Shown here in pieces: positions 13,501 to 28,240 of a stretch of DNA of 64,000 bases (its first letter is position 1; each line of letters opens with the position of its first letter). Location of the stretch: positions 399,590,001 through 399,654,000 of the forward strand of contig OZ024740.1 in the NCBI GenBank assembly GCA_964016885.1, given 5' to 3'. The position numbers and the translations under genes are program-made. The notes under the pieces were generated by a model. It saw only the letters and a program-made list of their open reading frames with translations, had not been told where the DNA came from and did not search any database. This DNA is from Eledone cirrhosa. Lineage: Eukaryota.

Positions 13501-16500
13501 TCTGGGCTGGGTGCTTTTTGTTGGGACTCCTACACGACCACTTTACACTGTGGGATGGGTGCTTTTTGTTGTGACTCCTACACGACCACTTTACACTCTG
13601 GGCTGGGTGCTTTTTGTTGTGACTCCTACACGACCCCTTTACACTGTGGGCTGGGTGCTTTTTGTTGTGACTCCTACACGACCACTTTACACTCTGGGCT
13701 GGGTGCTTTTTGTTGTGACTCCTACACGACCCCTTTACACTGTGGGCTGGGTGCTTTTTGTTGTGACTCCTACACGACCACTTTACACTCTGGGCTGGGC
13801 GCTTTTTGTTGTGACTCCTACACGACCCCTTTACACTGTGGGCTGGGTGCTTTTTGTTGGGACTCCTACACGACCACTTTACACTCTGGGCTGGGTGCTT
13901 TTTGTTGGGACTCCTACACGACCACTTTACACTCTGGGCTGGGTGCTTTTTGTTGTGACTCCTACACGACTACTTTACAGTGTGGGATGGGTGCTTTTTG
14001 TTGTGACTCCTACACGACCACTTTACACTGTGGGCTGGGTGCTTTTTGTTGGGACTCCTACACGACCACTTTACACTGTGGGATGGGTGCTTTTTGTTGT
14101 GACTCCTACACGACCACTTTACACTCTGGGCTGGGTGCTTTTTGTTGTGACTCCTACACGACCCCTTTACACTGTGGGCTGGGTGCTTTTTGTTGTGACT
14201 CCTACACGACCACTTTACACTCTGGGCTGGGTGCTTTTTGTTGGGACTCCTACACGACCACTTTACACTGTGGGATGGGTGCTTTTTGTTGTGACTCCTA
14301 CACGACCACTTTACACTCTGGGCTGGGTGCTTTTTGTTGTGACTCCTACACGACCCCTTTACACTGTGGGCTGGGTGCTTTTTGTTGTGACTCCTACACG
14401 ACCACTTTACACTCTGGGCTGGGTGCTTTTTGTTGGGACTCCTACACAACCCCTTTACACTGTGGGCTGGGTGCTTTTTGTTGTGACTCCTACACGACCA
14501 CTTTACACTCTGGGCTGGGTGCTTTTTGTTGTGACTCCTACACGACCCCTTTACACTGTGGGCTGGGTGCTTTTTGTTGGGACTCCTACACGACCACTTT
14601 ACACTCTGGGCTGGGTGCTTTTTGTTGGGACTCCTACACGACCACTTTACACTGTGGGCTGGGTGCTTTTTGTTGTGACTCCTACACGACCACTTTACAG
14701 TGTGGGCTGGGTGCTTTTTCTTATGACTTCTACACGACCACTTTACAGTGTGGGCTCGGTGCTTTTTGTTGTGACTCCTACACGACCACTTTACACCCTG
14801 GGTTGGGTGCTTTTTGTTGGGACTCCTACACGACCACTTTACACTGTGGGCTGGGTGCTTTTTGTTGGGACTCCTACACGACCACTTTACACTCTGGGCT
14901 GGGTGCTTTTTGTTATGACTTCTACATGACCACTTTACAGTGTGGGCTGGGTGCTTTTTGTTGTGACTCCTACACGACCACTTTACACTGTGGGCTGGGT
15001 GCTTTTTGTTATGACTTCTACATGACCACTTTACAGTGTGGGCTGGGTGCTTTTTGTTGTGACTCCTACACGACCACTTTACAGTGTGGGCTGGGTGCTT
15101 TTTTTTTTGACTTCTATAAGACTACTTTACAGTGTGGGATGGGTGCTTTTTGTTGTGACTCCTACACGACCACTTTACACTCTGGGCTGGGTGCTTTTTG
15201 TTATGACTTCTACATGACCACTTTACAGTGTGGACTGGGTGCTTTTTGTTGTGAGTCCTACACGACAACTTTACAGTGTGGGTTGGGTGCTTTTTTTTGT
15301 GACTCCTACACGACTACTTTACAGTGTGGGATGGGTGCTTTTTGTTGTGACTCCTACACGACCACTTTACACTCTGGGCTGCGTGCTTTTTGTTGGGACT
15401 GCTACACGACCACTTTACACTCTGGGCTGGGTGCTTTTTGTTATGACTTCTATACGACCACTTTACAGTGTGGGATGGGTGCTTTTTGTTGTGACTCCTA
15501 AATGACCACTTTACACTGTGGGCTGGGTGCTTTTTGTTGTGACTCCTACACGACCAATTTACAGGGTGGGTTGGGTGCTTTTTGTTTTGACTCCTACATG
15601 ACCACTTTACAGTGGGATGGGTGCTTTTTGATGAGACTCCTACACGACCACTTTACGGTGTGGGCTGGGTGATTTTTTTTGTGACTCCTACACGACTACT
15701 TTACAGTGTGGGATGGGTGCTTTTTGTTGTGACTCCTACACGACCACTTTACACTCTGGGCTGGGTGCTTTTTGTTGGGACTCCTACACGACCACTTTAC
15801 ACTCTGGGCTGGGTGCTTTTTGTTGGGACTCCTACACGACCACTTTACACCCTGGGTTGGGTGCTTTTTGTTGGGACTCCTACACGACCACTTTACACTG
15901 TGGGCTGGGTGCTTTCTGTTGGGACTCCTACACGACCACTTTACACTCTGGGCTGGGTGCTTTTTGTTGTGACTCCTACACGACCACTTTACACTGTGGG
16001 CTGGGTGCTTTTTGTTGGGACTCCTACACGACCACTTTACACTCTGGGCTGGGTGCTTTTTTTTTTGACTCCTACACGACTACTTTACAGTGTGGGATGG
16101 GTGCTTTTTTTTGTGACTCCTACACGACCACTTTACACTCTGGGCTGGGTGCTTTTTGTTATGACCTCTACATGACCACTTTACAGTGTGGACTGGGTGC
16201 TTTTTGTTGTGAGTCCTACACGACCACTTTACAGTGTGGGCTGGGTGCTTTTTTTTGTGACTCCTACACGACTACTTTACAGTGTGGGATGGGTGCTTTT
16301 TGTTGTGACTCCTACACGACCACTTTACACTCTGGGCTGCGTGCTTTTTGTTGGGACTGCTACACGACCACTTTACACTCTGGGCTGGGTGCTTTTTGTT
16401 ATGACTTCTATACGACCACTTTACAGTGTGGGATGGGTGCTTTTTGTTGTGACTCCTAAATGACCACTTTACACTGTGGGCTGGGTGCTTTTTGTTGTGA

Positions 16501-19500
16501 CTCCTAAATGACCACTTTACGGTGGGATGGGTGCTTTTTGTTGTGACTCCTACACGACCAATTTACAGGGTGGGTTGGGTGCTTTTTGTTTTGACTCCTA
16601 CATAACCACTTTACAGTGGGATGGGTGCTTTTTGATGAGACTCCTACACGACCACTTTACAGTGTGGGCTGGGTGCTTTTTTTTGTGACTCCTACACGAC
16701 TACTTTACAGTGTGGGATGGGTGCTTTTTGTTGTGACTCCTACACGACCACTTTACACTCTGGGCTGGGTGCTTTTTGTTGGGACTCCTACACGACCACT
16801 TTACACTCTGGGCTGGGTGCTTTTTGTTGTGACTCCTACACGACCACTTTACACTCTGGGCTGGGTGCTTTTTGTTGTGACTCCTACACGACCACTTTAC
16901 ACCGTGGGCTGGGTGCTTTTTGTTATGACTTCTACACGACCACTTTACACTGTGGGCTCGGTGCTTTTTGTTGTGACTCCTACACAACCACTTTACAGTG
17001 TGGGCTGGGTGCTTTTTGTTGTGAATCCTACACGACCACTTTACACTCTGGGCTGGGTGCTTTTTGTTATGACTTCTATAAGACCACTTTACAGTGTGGG
17101 ATGGGTGCTTTTTGTTGTGACTCCTAAATGACCACTTTACACTGTGGGCTGGGTGCTTTTTGTTATGATTTCTACACGACCACTTTACACTGTGGGCTGG
17201 GTGCTTTTTGTTGTGACTCCTACATGACCACTTTACAGTGTGGGATGGGTACTTTTTGTTGTGACTCCTACACGACCACTTTACAGTGGGCTGGGTGCTT
17301 TTTGTTGTGACTCCTACACGACCACTTTACACTCTGGGCTGGGTGCTTTTTGTTGGGACTCCTACACGACCACTTTACACTCTGGGCTGGGTGCTTTTTG
17401 TTGGGACTCCTACACGAACACTTTACACTGTCGGCTGGGTGCTTTTTGTTGGGACTCCTACACGACCACTTTACACTCTGGGCTGGGTGCTTTTTGTTGG
17501 GACTCCTACACGACCACTTTACACTCTGGGCTGGGTGCTTTTTGTTGACTTCTACATGACCACTTTACAGTGAGGGCTGGGTGCTTTTAGTTGTGACTCC
17601 TACACAACCACTTTACAGTGTGGGCTGGGTGTTTTTTGTTGTGACTCCTAAATGACCACTTTACAGTGGGATGGGTGCTTTTTGTTGTGGCTCCTACACG
17701 ACCACTTTACACTCTGGGCTGGGTGCTTTTTGTTGTGACTCCTACACAACGACTTTACAGTGTGGGCTGGGTGCTTTTTGTTGTGACTCCTAAATGACCA
17801 CTTTACAGTGGGATGGGTGCTTTTTGTTGTGACTCCTACACGACCAACTTACAGTGTGGGCTGGGTGCTTTTTGTTTTCACTCCAACATGACCACTTTAC
17901 AGTGGGATGGGTGATTTTGTTGCGACTCCTACACGACCACTTTACATTGTGGGCTGGGTGCTTTTTTTTGTGACTCCTACACGACTACTTTACAGTGTGG
18001 GATGGGTGCTTTTTGTTGTGACTCCTACACGACCACTTTACACTGTGGGCTGGGTGCTTTTTGTTGGGACTCCTACACGACCACTTTACACTCTGGGCTG
18101 GGTGCTTTTTGTTGTGACTCCTACACGACCACTTTACACTCTGGGCTGCGTGCTTTTTGTTGGGACTCCTACACGACCACTTTACACTGTGGGCTGGGTG
18201 CTTTTTGTTATGACTTCTACACGACCACTTTACAGTGTGGGCTCGGTGCTTTTTGTTGTGACTCCTACACGACCACTTTACACTCTGGGCTGGGTGCTTA
18301 TTGTTGTGACTCCTACACAACCACTTTACAGTGTGGGCTGGGTGCTTTTTGTTGTGACTCCTAAATGACCACTTTACAGTGGGATGGGTGCTTTTTGTTG
18401 TGACTCCTACACGACCACTTTACACTGTGGGCTGGGTGCTTTTTGTTATGACTTCTACACGACCACTCTACAGTGTGGGCTCGGTGCTTTTTGTTGTGAC
18501 TCCTACACGACCACTTTACACTCTGGGCTGGGTGCTTATTGTTGTGACTCCTACACAACCACTTTCCAGTGTGGGCTGGGTGCTTTTGTTGTGACTCCTA
18601 AATGACCACTTTACAGTGGGATGGGTGCTTTTTGTTGTGACTCCTACATGACCATTTTACAGTGTGGGCTGGGTGCTTTTTGTTTTGACTCCTACATGAC
18701 CACTTTACAGTGGGATGGGTGCTTTTTGTTGCGACTCCTAAATGACCACTTTACAGTGGGATGGGTGCTTTTTGTTGTGACTCCTACACGACCACTTTAC
18801 ACTCTGGGCTGGGTGCTTTTTGTTATGACTTCTACACGACCACTTTACAGTGTGGGCTCGGTGCTTTTTGTTGTGACTCCTACACGACCACTTTACACTC
18901 TGGGCTGGGTGCTTATTGTTGTGACTCCTACACAACCACTTTCCAGTGTGGGCTGGGTGCTTTTTGTTGTGACTCCTACATGACCACTTTACAGTGGGAT
19001 GGGTGCTTTTTGTTGCGACTCCTACACGACCACTTTACAGTGTGGGCTGGGTGCTTTTTTTTGTGACTCCTACACGACTACTTTACACTCTGGGCTGGGT
19101 GCTTTTTGTTGTGAATCCTACACGACCACTTTACACCGTGGGCTGGGTGCTTTTTGTTATGACTTCTACACGACCACTTTACACTGTGGGCTCGGTGCTT
19201 TTTGTTGTGACTCCTACACAACCACTTTACAGTGTGGGCTGCGTGCTTTTTGTTGTGAATCCTATACGACCACTTTACACTCTGGGCTGGGTGCTTTTTG
19301 TTATGACTTCTATAAGACCACTTTACAGTGTGGGATGGGTGCTTTTTGTTGTGACTCCTACATGACCACTTTACAGTGTGGGCTGGGTGCTTTTTGTTGT
19401 GACTCCTACACAACCACTTTACACTGTGGGCTGGGTGCTTTTTGTTATGATTTCTACATGACCACTTTACAGTGTGGGCTGGGTGCTTTTTGTTGTGACT

Positions 19501-22110
19501 CCTACATGACCACTTTACAGTGTGGGATGGGTACTTTTTGTTGTGACTCCTACACCACCATTCTACAGTGTGGGCTGGGTGCTTTTTGTTGTGACTCCTA
19601 CACGACCACTTTACACTCTGGGCTGGGTGCTTTTTGTTGGGACTCCTACACGACCACTTTACACTCTGGGCTGGGTGCTTTTTGTTGTGACTCCTACACA
19701 ACCACTTTACAGTGTGGGCTGGGTGCTTTTTGTTGTGACTCCTAAATGACCACTTTACAGTGGGATGGGTGCTTTTTGTTGTGACTCCTACACGACCACT
19801 TTACACTGTGGGCTGGGTACTTTTTGTGATGACTTCTACACGACCATTTTACAGTGTGGGCTGGGTGCTTTTTGTTTTGACTCCTACATGACCACTTTAC
19901 AGTGGGATGGGTGCTTTTTGTTGGGACTCCTACACGACCACTTTACACTCTGGGCTGGGTGCTTTTTGTTGGGACTCCTACACGACCACTTTACACTCTG
20001 GGCTGGGTGCTTTTTGTTGGGACTCCTACACTACCACTTTACACTCTGGGCTGGGTGCTTTTTGTTGGGACTCCTACACGACCACTTTACACTCTGGGCT
20101 GGGTGCTTTTTGTTATGACTTCTACATGACCACTTTACAGTGTGGACTGGGTGCTTTTTGTTGTGACTCCTACACGACTACTTTACAGTGTGGGATGGGT
20201 GCTTTTTGTTGTGACTCCTGCACGACCACTTTACACTCTGGGCTGCGTGCTTTTTGTTGGGACTCCTACACGACCACTTTACACTGTGGGCTGGGTGATT
20301 TTTGTTATGACTTCTACACGACCACTTTACACTCTGGGCTGGGTGCTTATTGTTGTGACTCCTACACAACCACTTTACAGTGTGGGCTGGGTGCTTTTTG
20401 TTGTGACTCCTAAATGACCACTTTACAGTGGGATGGGTGCTTTTTGTTGTGACTCCTACACGACCATTTTACAGTGTGGGCTGGGTGCTTTTTGTTTTGA
20501 CTCCTACATGACCACTTTACAGTGGGATGGGTACTTTTTGTTGCGACTCCTACACGACCACTTTACAGTGTGGGCTGGGTGCTTTTTTTTGTGACTCCTA
20601 CACGACTACTTTACACTCTGGGCTGGGTGCTTTTTGTTGTGACTCCTACATGACCACTTTACACCGTGGGCTAGGTGCTTTTTGTTATGACTTCTACACG
20701 ACCACTTTACACTGTGGGCTCGGTGCTTTTTGTTGTGACTCCTACACAACCACTTTACAGTGTGGGCTGCGTGCTTCTTGCTGTGAATCCTACACGACCA
20801 CTTTACACTCTGGGCTGGGTGCTTTTTGTTATGACTTCTATACGACCACTTTACAGTGTGGGATGGGTGCTTTTTGTTGTGACTCCTACACGACCACTTT
20901 ACACTGTGGGCTGGGTGCTTTTTGTTGTGACTCCTACACGACCACTTTACACTGTGGGCTGGGTGCTTTTTGTTATGACTTCTATACGACCACTTTACAC
21001 TGTGGCCTCGGTGCTTTTTATTGTGACTCCTACACGACTACTTTACAGTGTGGGATGGGTGCTTTTTGTTGTGACTCCTACACGACCACTTTACACTCTG
21101 GGCTGGGTGCTTTTTGTTGTGACTCCTACACGACCACTTTACACTCTGGGCTGGGTGCTTTTTGTTGGGACTCCTACACGATCACTTTACACTGTGGGAT
21201 GGGTGCTTTTTGTTGTGACTCCTACACGACCACTTTACACTCTGGGTTGGGTGCTTTTTGTTGGGACTCCTACACGACCACTTTACACTGTGGGCTGGGT
21301 GCTTTTTGTTGGGACTCCTACACGACCAATTTACACTCTGGGTTGGGTGCTTTTTGTTGGGACTCCTACACGACCACTTTACACTCTGGGCTGGGTGCTT
21401 TTTGTTGGGACTCCTACACGACCACTTTACACTGTGGGCTGGGTGCTTTCTGTTGGGACTCCTACACGACCACTTTACACTGTGGGCTGGGTGCTTTTTG
21501 TTGGGACTCCTACACGACCACTTTACACTCTGGGCTCGGTGCCTTTTGTTGTGACTCCTACACGACCACTTTACACTCTGGGCTGGGTACTTTTTGTTGT
21601 GACTCCTACACGACCACTTTACACCGTGGGCTGGGTGCTTTTTGTTATGACTTCTACACGACCACTTTACAGTGTGGGCTCGGTGCTTTTTGTTGGGACT
21701 CCTACACGACCACTTTACACTCTGGGCTGGGTGCTTTTTGTTATGACTTCTACACGACCACTTTACACTCTGGGCTGGGTGCTTTTTGTTATGACTTCTA
21801 CACGACCACTTTACACTGTGGGCTGGGTGCTTTTTGTTATGACTTCTACACGACCACTTTACACTGTGGGCTCGGTGCTTTTTGTTATGACTTCTACACG
21901 ACCACTTTACAGTGTGGGCTCGGTGCTTTTTGTTGGGACTCCTACACGACCACTTTACACTCTGGGCTGGGTGCTTTTTGTTGTGACTCCTACACGACCA
22001 CTTTACACTGTGGGCTGGGTGCTTTTTGTTGGGACTCCTACACGACCACTTTACACTGTGGGCTGGGTGCTTTTTGTTGTGACTCCTACACGACCACTTT
22101 ACACTGTGGG
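4585..22110. repeat. 8,748-bp (~183-monomer) tandem duplication, 2 copies (4,585-13,362 and 13,333-22,110)
   Basis: Dozens of ORF pairs have identical translations at offset 8,748 (5222/13970, 6482/15230, 7868/16616, 9159/17907, 10330/19078, 11394/20142, 12510/21258). Flanking mismatches at 4,584/13,332 and 13,363/22,111 define the ends. Confidence 0.93.
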
Positions 22111-22967
22111 CTGGGTGCTTTTTGTTGGGACTCCTACACGACCACTTTACACTGTGGGCTGGGTGCTTTCTGTTGGGACTCCTACACGACCACTTTACAC
22201 TCTGGGCTGGGTGCTTTTTGTTGTGACTCCTACACGACCACTTTACACTGTGGGCTGGGTGCTTTTTGTTGGGACTCCTACACGACCACTTTACACTGTG
22301 GGCTGGGTGCTTTTTGTTGTGACTCCTACACGACCACTTTACACTGTGGGCTGGGTGCTTTTTGTTGGGACTCCTACACGACCACTTTACACTGTGGGCT
22401 GGGTGCTTTCTGTTGGGACTCCTACACGACCACTTTACACTCTGGGCTGGGTGCTTTTTGTTGTGACTCCTACACGACCACTTTACACTGTGGGCTGGGT
22501 GCTTTTTGTTGGGACTCCTACACGACCACTTTACACTGTGGGCTGGGTGCTTTTTGTTGTGACTCCTACACGACCACTTTACACTGTGGGCTGGGTGCTT
22601 TTTGTTGGGACTCCTACACGACCACTTTACACTGTGGGCTGGGTGCTTTCTGTTGGGACTCCTACACGACCACTTTACACTCTGGGCTGGGTGCTTTTTG
22701 TTGTGACTCCTACACGACCACTTTACACTGTGGGCTGGGTGCTTTTTGTTGGGACTCCTACACGACCACTTTACACTGTGGGCTGGGTGCTTTTTGTTGT
22801 GACTCCTACACGACCACTTTACACTGTGGGCTGGGTGCTTTTTGTTGGGACTCCTACACGACCACTTTACACTGTGGGCTGGGTGCTTTCTGTTGGGACT
22901 CCTACACGACCACTTTACACTCTGGGCTGGGTGCTTTTTGTTGTGACTCCTACACGACCACTTTACA
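21931..22967. repeat. 240-bp (5-monomer) higher-order repeat, ~4.3 copies
   Basis: Sequence lines starting at 21,961, 22,201, 22,441 and 22,681, and the three lines after each, read the same. The marker GCTTTCTGTTGGG recurs every 240 bp. Confidence 0.92.
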
Positions 22968-25900
22968 ATGTGGGCTGGGTGCTTTTTGTTGGGACTCCTA
23001 CACGACCACTTTACACTCTGGGCTGGGTGCTTTTTGTTATGACTTCTACACGACCACTTTACAGTGTGGGCTCGGTGCTTTTTGTTGTGACTCCTACACG
23101 ACCACTTTACACTCTGGGCTGGGTGCTTATTGTTGTGACTCCTACACAACCACTTTACAGTGTGGGCTGGGTGCTCTTTGTTGTGACTCCTAAATGACCA
23201 CTTTACAGTGGGATGGGTGCTTTTTGTTGTGACTCCTACACGACCACTTTACACTGTGGGCTGGGTGCTTTTTGTTATGACTTCTACACGACCACTTTAC
23301 AGTGTGGGCTCGGTGCTTTTTGTTGTGACTCCTACACGACCACTTTACACTCTGGGCTGGGTGCTTATTGTTGTGACTCCTACACAACCACTTTACACTG
23401 TGGGCTGGGTGCTTTCTGTTGGGACTCCTACACGACCACTTTACACTCTGGGCTGGGTGCTTTTTGTTGGGACTCCTACACGACCACTTTAGACTCTGGG
23501 CTGGGTGCTTTTTGCTGACTTCTACATGACCACTTTACAGTGTGGGCTCGGTGCTTTTTGTTGTGACTCCTACACGACCACTTTACACTCTGGGCTGGGT
23601 GCTTATTGTTGTGACTCCTACACAACCACTTTCCAGTGTGGGCTGGGTGCTCTTTGTTGTGACTCCTAAATGACCACTTTACAGTGGGATGGGTGCTTTT
23701 TGTTGTGACTCCTACATGACCATTTTACAGTGTGGGCTGGGTGCTTTTTGTTTTGACTCCTACATGACCACTTTACAGTGGGATGGGTGCTTTTTGTTGC
23801 GACTCCTAAATGACCACTTTACAGTGGGATGGGTGCTTTTTGTTGTGACTCCTACACGACCACTTTACACTCTGGGCTGGGTGCTTTTTTTTATGACTAC
23901 TACACGACCACTTTACAGTGTGGGCTCGGTGCTTTTTGTTGTGACTCCTACACGACCACTTTACACTCTGGGCTGGGTGCTTATTGTTGTGACTCCTACA
24001 CAACCACTTTCCAGTGTGGGCTGGGTGCTTTTTGTTGTGACTCCTAAATGACCACTTTACAGTGGGATGGGTGCTTTTTGTTGTGACTCCTACATGACCA
24101 TTTTACAGTGTGGGCTGGGTGCTTTTTGTTTTGACTCCTACATGACCACTTTACAGTGGGATGGGTGCTTTTTGTTGCGACTCCTACACGACCACTTTAC
24201 AGTGTGGGCTGGGTGCTTTTTTTTGTGACTCCTACACGACTACTTTACACTCTGGGCTGGGTGCTTTTTGTTGTGAATCCTACACGACCACTTTACACCG
24301 TGGGCTGGGTGCTTTTTGTTATGACTTCTACACGACCACTTTACACTGTCGGCTCGGTGCTTTTTGTTGTGACTCCTACACAACCACTTTACAGTGTGGG
24401 CTGGGTGCTTTTTTGTTGTGAATCCTACACGACCACTTTACACTCTGGGCTGGGTGCTTTTTGTTATGACTTCTATAAGACCACTTTACAGTGTGGGATG
24501 GGTGCTTTTTGTTGTGACTCCTACATGACCACTTTACAGTGTGGGCTGGGTGCTTTTTGTTGTGACTCCTACACGACCACTTTACACTGTGGGCTGGGTG
24601 CTTTTTGTTGATTTCTACATGACCACTTTACAGTGTGGGCTGGCTGCTTTTTGTTGTGACTCCTACATGACCACTTTACAGTGTGGGATGGATACTTTTT
24701 GTTGTGACTCCTACACGACCACTTTACACTCTGGGCTGGGTGCTTATTGTTGTGACTCCTACACGACCACTTTACACTCTGGGCTGGGTAGTTTTTGTTG
24801 TGACTCCTACACGACCACTTTACACCGTGGGCTGGGTGCTTTTTGTTATGACTTCTACACGACCACTTTACAGTGTGGGCTCGGTGCTTTTTGTTGGGAC
24901 TCCTACACGACCACTTTACACTCTGGGCTGGGTGCTTTTTGTTATGACTTCTATACGACCACTTTACAGTGTAGGATGGGTGCTTTTTGTTGTGACTCCT
25001 AAATGACCACTTTACACTGTGGGCTGGGTGCTTTTTGTTGTGACTCCTACACGACCACTTTACACTGTGGGCTGGGTGCTTTTTGTTATGACTTCTACAC
25101 GACCACTTTACACTGTGGGCTTGGTTCCTTTTTATTGTGACTCCTACACGACTACTTTACAGTGTGGGATGGGTGCTTTTTGTTGTGACTCCTACACGAC
25201 CCCTTTACACTCTGGGCTGGGTGCTTTTTGTTGGGACTCCTACACTACCACTTTACACTGTGGGCTGGGTGCTTTTTGTTGGGACTCCTACACGACCACT
25301 TTACACTGTGGGATGGGTGCTTTTTGTTGTGACTCCTACACGACCACTTTACACTCTGGGCTGGGTGCTTTTTGTTGTGACTCCTACACGACCACTTTAC
25401 ACTGTGGGCTGGGTGCTTTTTGTTATGACTTCTACACGACCACTTTACAGTGTGGGCTCGGTGCTTTTTGTTGTGACTCCTACACGACCATTTTACACTC
25501 TGGGCTGGGTGCTTTTTGTTGTGACTCCTACACGACCACTTTACACTGTGGGCTGGGTGCTTTTTGTTGGGACTCCTACACGACCACTTTACACCCTGGG
25601 TTGGGTGCTTTTTGTTGGGACTCCTACACGACCACTTTACACTGTGGGCTGGGTGCTTTCTGTTGGGACTCCTACACGACCACTTTACACTCTGGGCTGG
25701 GTGCTTTTTGTTGTGACTCCTACACGACCACTTTACACTGTGGGCTGGGTGCTTTTTGTTGGGACTCCTACACGACCACTTTACACTGTGGGCTGGGTGC
25801 TTTTTGTTGGGACTCCTACACGACCACTTTACACCCTGGGTTGGGTGCTTTTTGTTGGGACTCCTACACGACCACTTTACACTGTGGGCTGGGTGCTTTC

Positions 25901-28240
25901 TGTTGTGACTCCTACACGACCACTTTACACTGTGGGCTGGGTGCTTTTTGTTGGGACTCCTACACGACCACTTTACACTGTGGGCTGGGTGCTTTTTGTT
26001 GTGACTCCTACACGACCACTTTACACCCTGGGCTGGGTGCTTTTTGTTGTGACTCCTACACGACCACTTTACAATGTGGGCTGGGTGCTTTTTGTTGGGA
26101 CTCCTACACGACCACTTTACACTCTGGGCTGGGTGCTTTTTGTTATGACTTCTACACGACCACTTTACAGTGTGGGCTCGGTGCTTTTTGTTGTGACTCC
26201 TACACGACCACTTTACACTCTGGGCTGGGTGCTTATTGTTGTGACTCCTACACAACCACTTTACAGTGTGGGCTGGGTGCTCTTTGTTGTGACTCCTAAA
26301 TGACAACTTTACAGTGGGATGGGTGCTTTTTGTTGTGACTCCTACACGACCACTTTACACTGTGGGCTGGGTGCTTTTTGTTATGACTTCTACACGACCA
26401 CTTTACAGTGTGGGCTCGGTGCTTTTTGTTGTGACTCCTACACGACCACTTTACACTCTGGGCTGGGTGCTTATTGTTGTGACTCCTACACAACCACTTT
26501 ACAGTGTGGGCTGGGTGCTCTTTGTTGTGACTCCTACACGACCACTTTAGACTCTGGGCTGGGTGCTTTTTGTTGGGACTCCTACACGACCACTTTAGAC
26601 TCTGGGCTGGGTGCTTTTTGCTGACTTCTACATGACCACTTTACAGTGTGGGCTCGGTGCTTTTTGTTGTGACTCCTACACGACCACTTTACACTCTGGG
26701 CTGGGTGCTTATTGTTGTGACTCCTACACAACCACTTTCCAGTGTGGGCTGGGTGCTTTTTGTTGTGACTCCTAAATGACCACTTTACAGTGGGATGGGT
26801 GCTTTTTGTTGTGACTCCTACATGACCATTTTACAGTGTGGGCTGGGTGCTTTTTGTTTTGACTCCTACATGACCACTTTACAGTGGGATGGGTGCTTTT
26901 TGTTGCGACTCCTAAATGACCACTTTACAGTGGGATGGGTGCTTTTTGTTGTGACTCCTACACGACCACTTTACACTCTGGGCTGGGTGCTTTTTGTTAT
27001 GACTTCTACACGACCACTTTACAGTGTGGGCTCGGTGCTTTTTGTTGTGACTCCTACACGACCACTTTACACTCTGGGCTGGGTGCTTATTGTTGTGACT
27101 CCTACACAACCACTTTCCAGTGTGGGCTGGGTGCTTTTTGTTGTGACTCCTAAATGACCACTTTACAGTGGGATGGGTGCTTTTTGTTGTGACTCCTACA
27201 TGACCATTTTACAGTGTGGGCTGGGTGCTTTTTGTTTTGACTCCTACATGACCACTTTACAGTGGGATGGGTGCTTTTTGTTGCGACTCCTACACGACCA
27301 CTTTACAGTGTGGGCTGGGTGCTTTTTTTTGTGACTCCTACACGACTACTTTACACTCTGGGCTGGGTGCTTTTTGTTGTGAATCCTACACGACCACTTT
27401 ACACCGTGGGCTGGGTGCTTTTTGTTATGACTTCTACACGACCACTTTACAATGTCGGCTCGGTGCTTTTTGTTGTGACTCCTACACAACCACTTTACAG
27501 TGTGGGCTGGGTGCTTTTTTGTTGTGAATCCTACACGACCACTTTACACTCTGGGCTGGGTGCTTTTTGTTATGACTTCTATAAGACCACTTTACAGTGT
27601 GGGATGGGTGCTTTTTGTTGTGACTCCTACATGACCACTTTACAGTGTGGGCTGGGTGCTTTTTGTTGTGACTCCTACACGACCACTTTACACTGTGGGC
27701 TGGGTGCTTTTTGTTGATTTCTACATGACCACTTTACAGTGTGGGCTGGCTGCTTTTTGTTGTGACTCCTACATGACCACTTTACAGTGTGGGATGGATA
27801 CTTTTTGTTGTGACTCCTACACGACCACTTTACACTCTGGGCTGGGTGCTTATTGTTGTGACTCCTACACGACCACTTTACACTCTGGGCTGGGTACTTT
27901 TTGTTGTGACTCCTACACGACCACTTTACACCGTGGGCTGGGTGCTTTTTGTTATGACTTCTACACGACCACTTTACAGTGTGGGCTCGGTGCTTTTTGT
28001 TGGGACTCCTACACGACCACTTTACACTCTGGGCTGGGTGCTTTTTGTTATGACTTCTATACGACCACTTTACAGTGTAGGATGGGTGCTTTTTGTTGTG
28101 ACTCCTAAATGACCACTTTACACTGTGGGCTGGGTGCTTTTTGTTGTGACTCCTACACGACCACTTTACACTGTGGGCTGGGTGCTTTTTGTTATGACTT
28201 CTACACGACCACTTTACACTGTGGGCTCGGTGCTTTTTAT
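22960..28240. repeat. 3,106-bp-offset higher-order duplication (imperfect), with a partial third copy at ~29.2-30.5 kb
   Basis: ORF pairs at offset 3,106 (23190/26296, 23689/26795, 24156/27262, 24541/27647, 25019/28125). Shared rare variants include TTTACAATGTGGG, GGATGGATAC, GGCTGGCTGC and GTGTAGGATG. Confidence 0.85.

Noticed and set aside
11927-14929. 1,000-aa hydrophobic repeat ORF (VGWVLFVVTPTRPLYT)n
   Set aside because: It is an alternative frame of the same satellite, with no evidence of codon-level constraint.
11779-15501. 1,240-aa Cys/Thr-rich ORF (GLGAFCCDSYTTTLHC)n and the related ORFs at 3634-6753 and 20527-23193
   Set aside because: The 48-bp monomer is a multiple of 3 and has no stop in this frame. 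Overlapping frames on both strands are open at once. TAA and frameshift variants are amplified freely, and there is no non-repetitive N- or C-terminus. Expression cannot be excluded without RNA-seq, Ribo-seq or proteomics.
21182-23149. Minus-strand Cys/His/Lys-rich ORF (KWSCRSHNKKHPAHSV)n as a zinc-finger array
   Set aside because: The period is 16 aa with a single Cys. It lacks the C-x2-C-x12-H-x3-H spacing, the 28-aa period and the TGEKP linker of C2H2 fingers.
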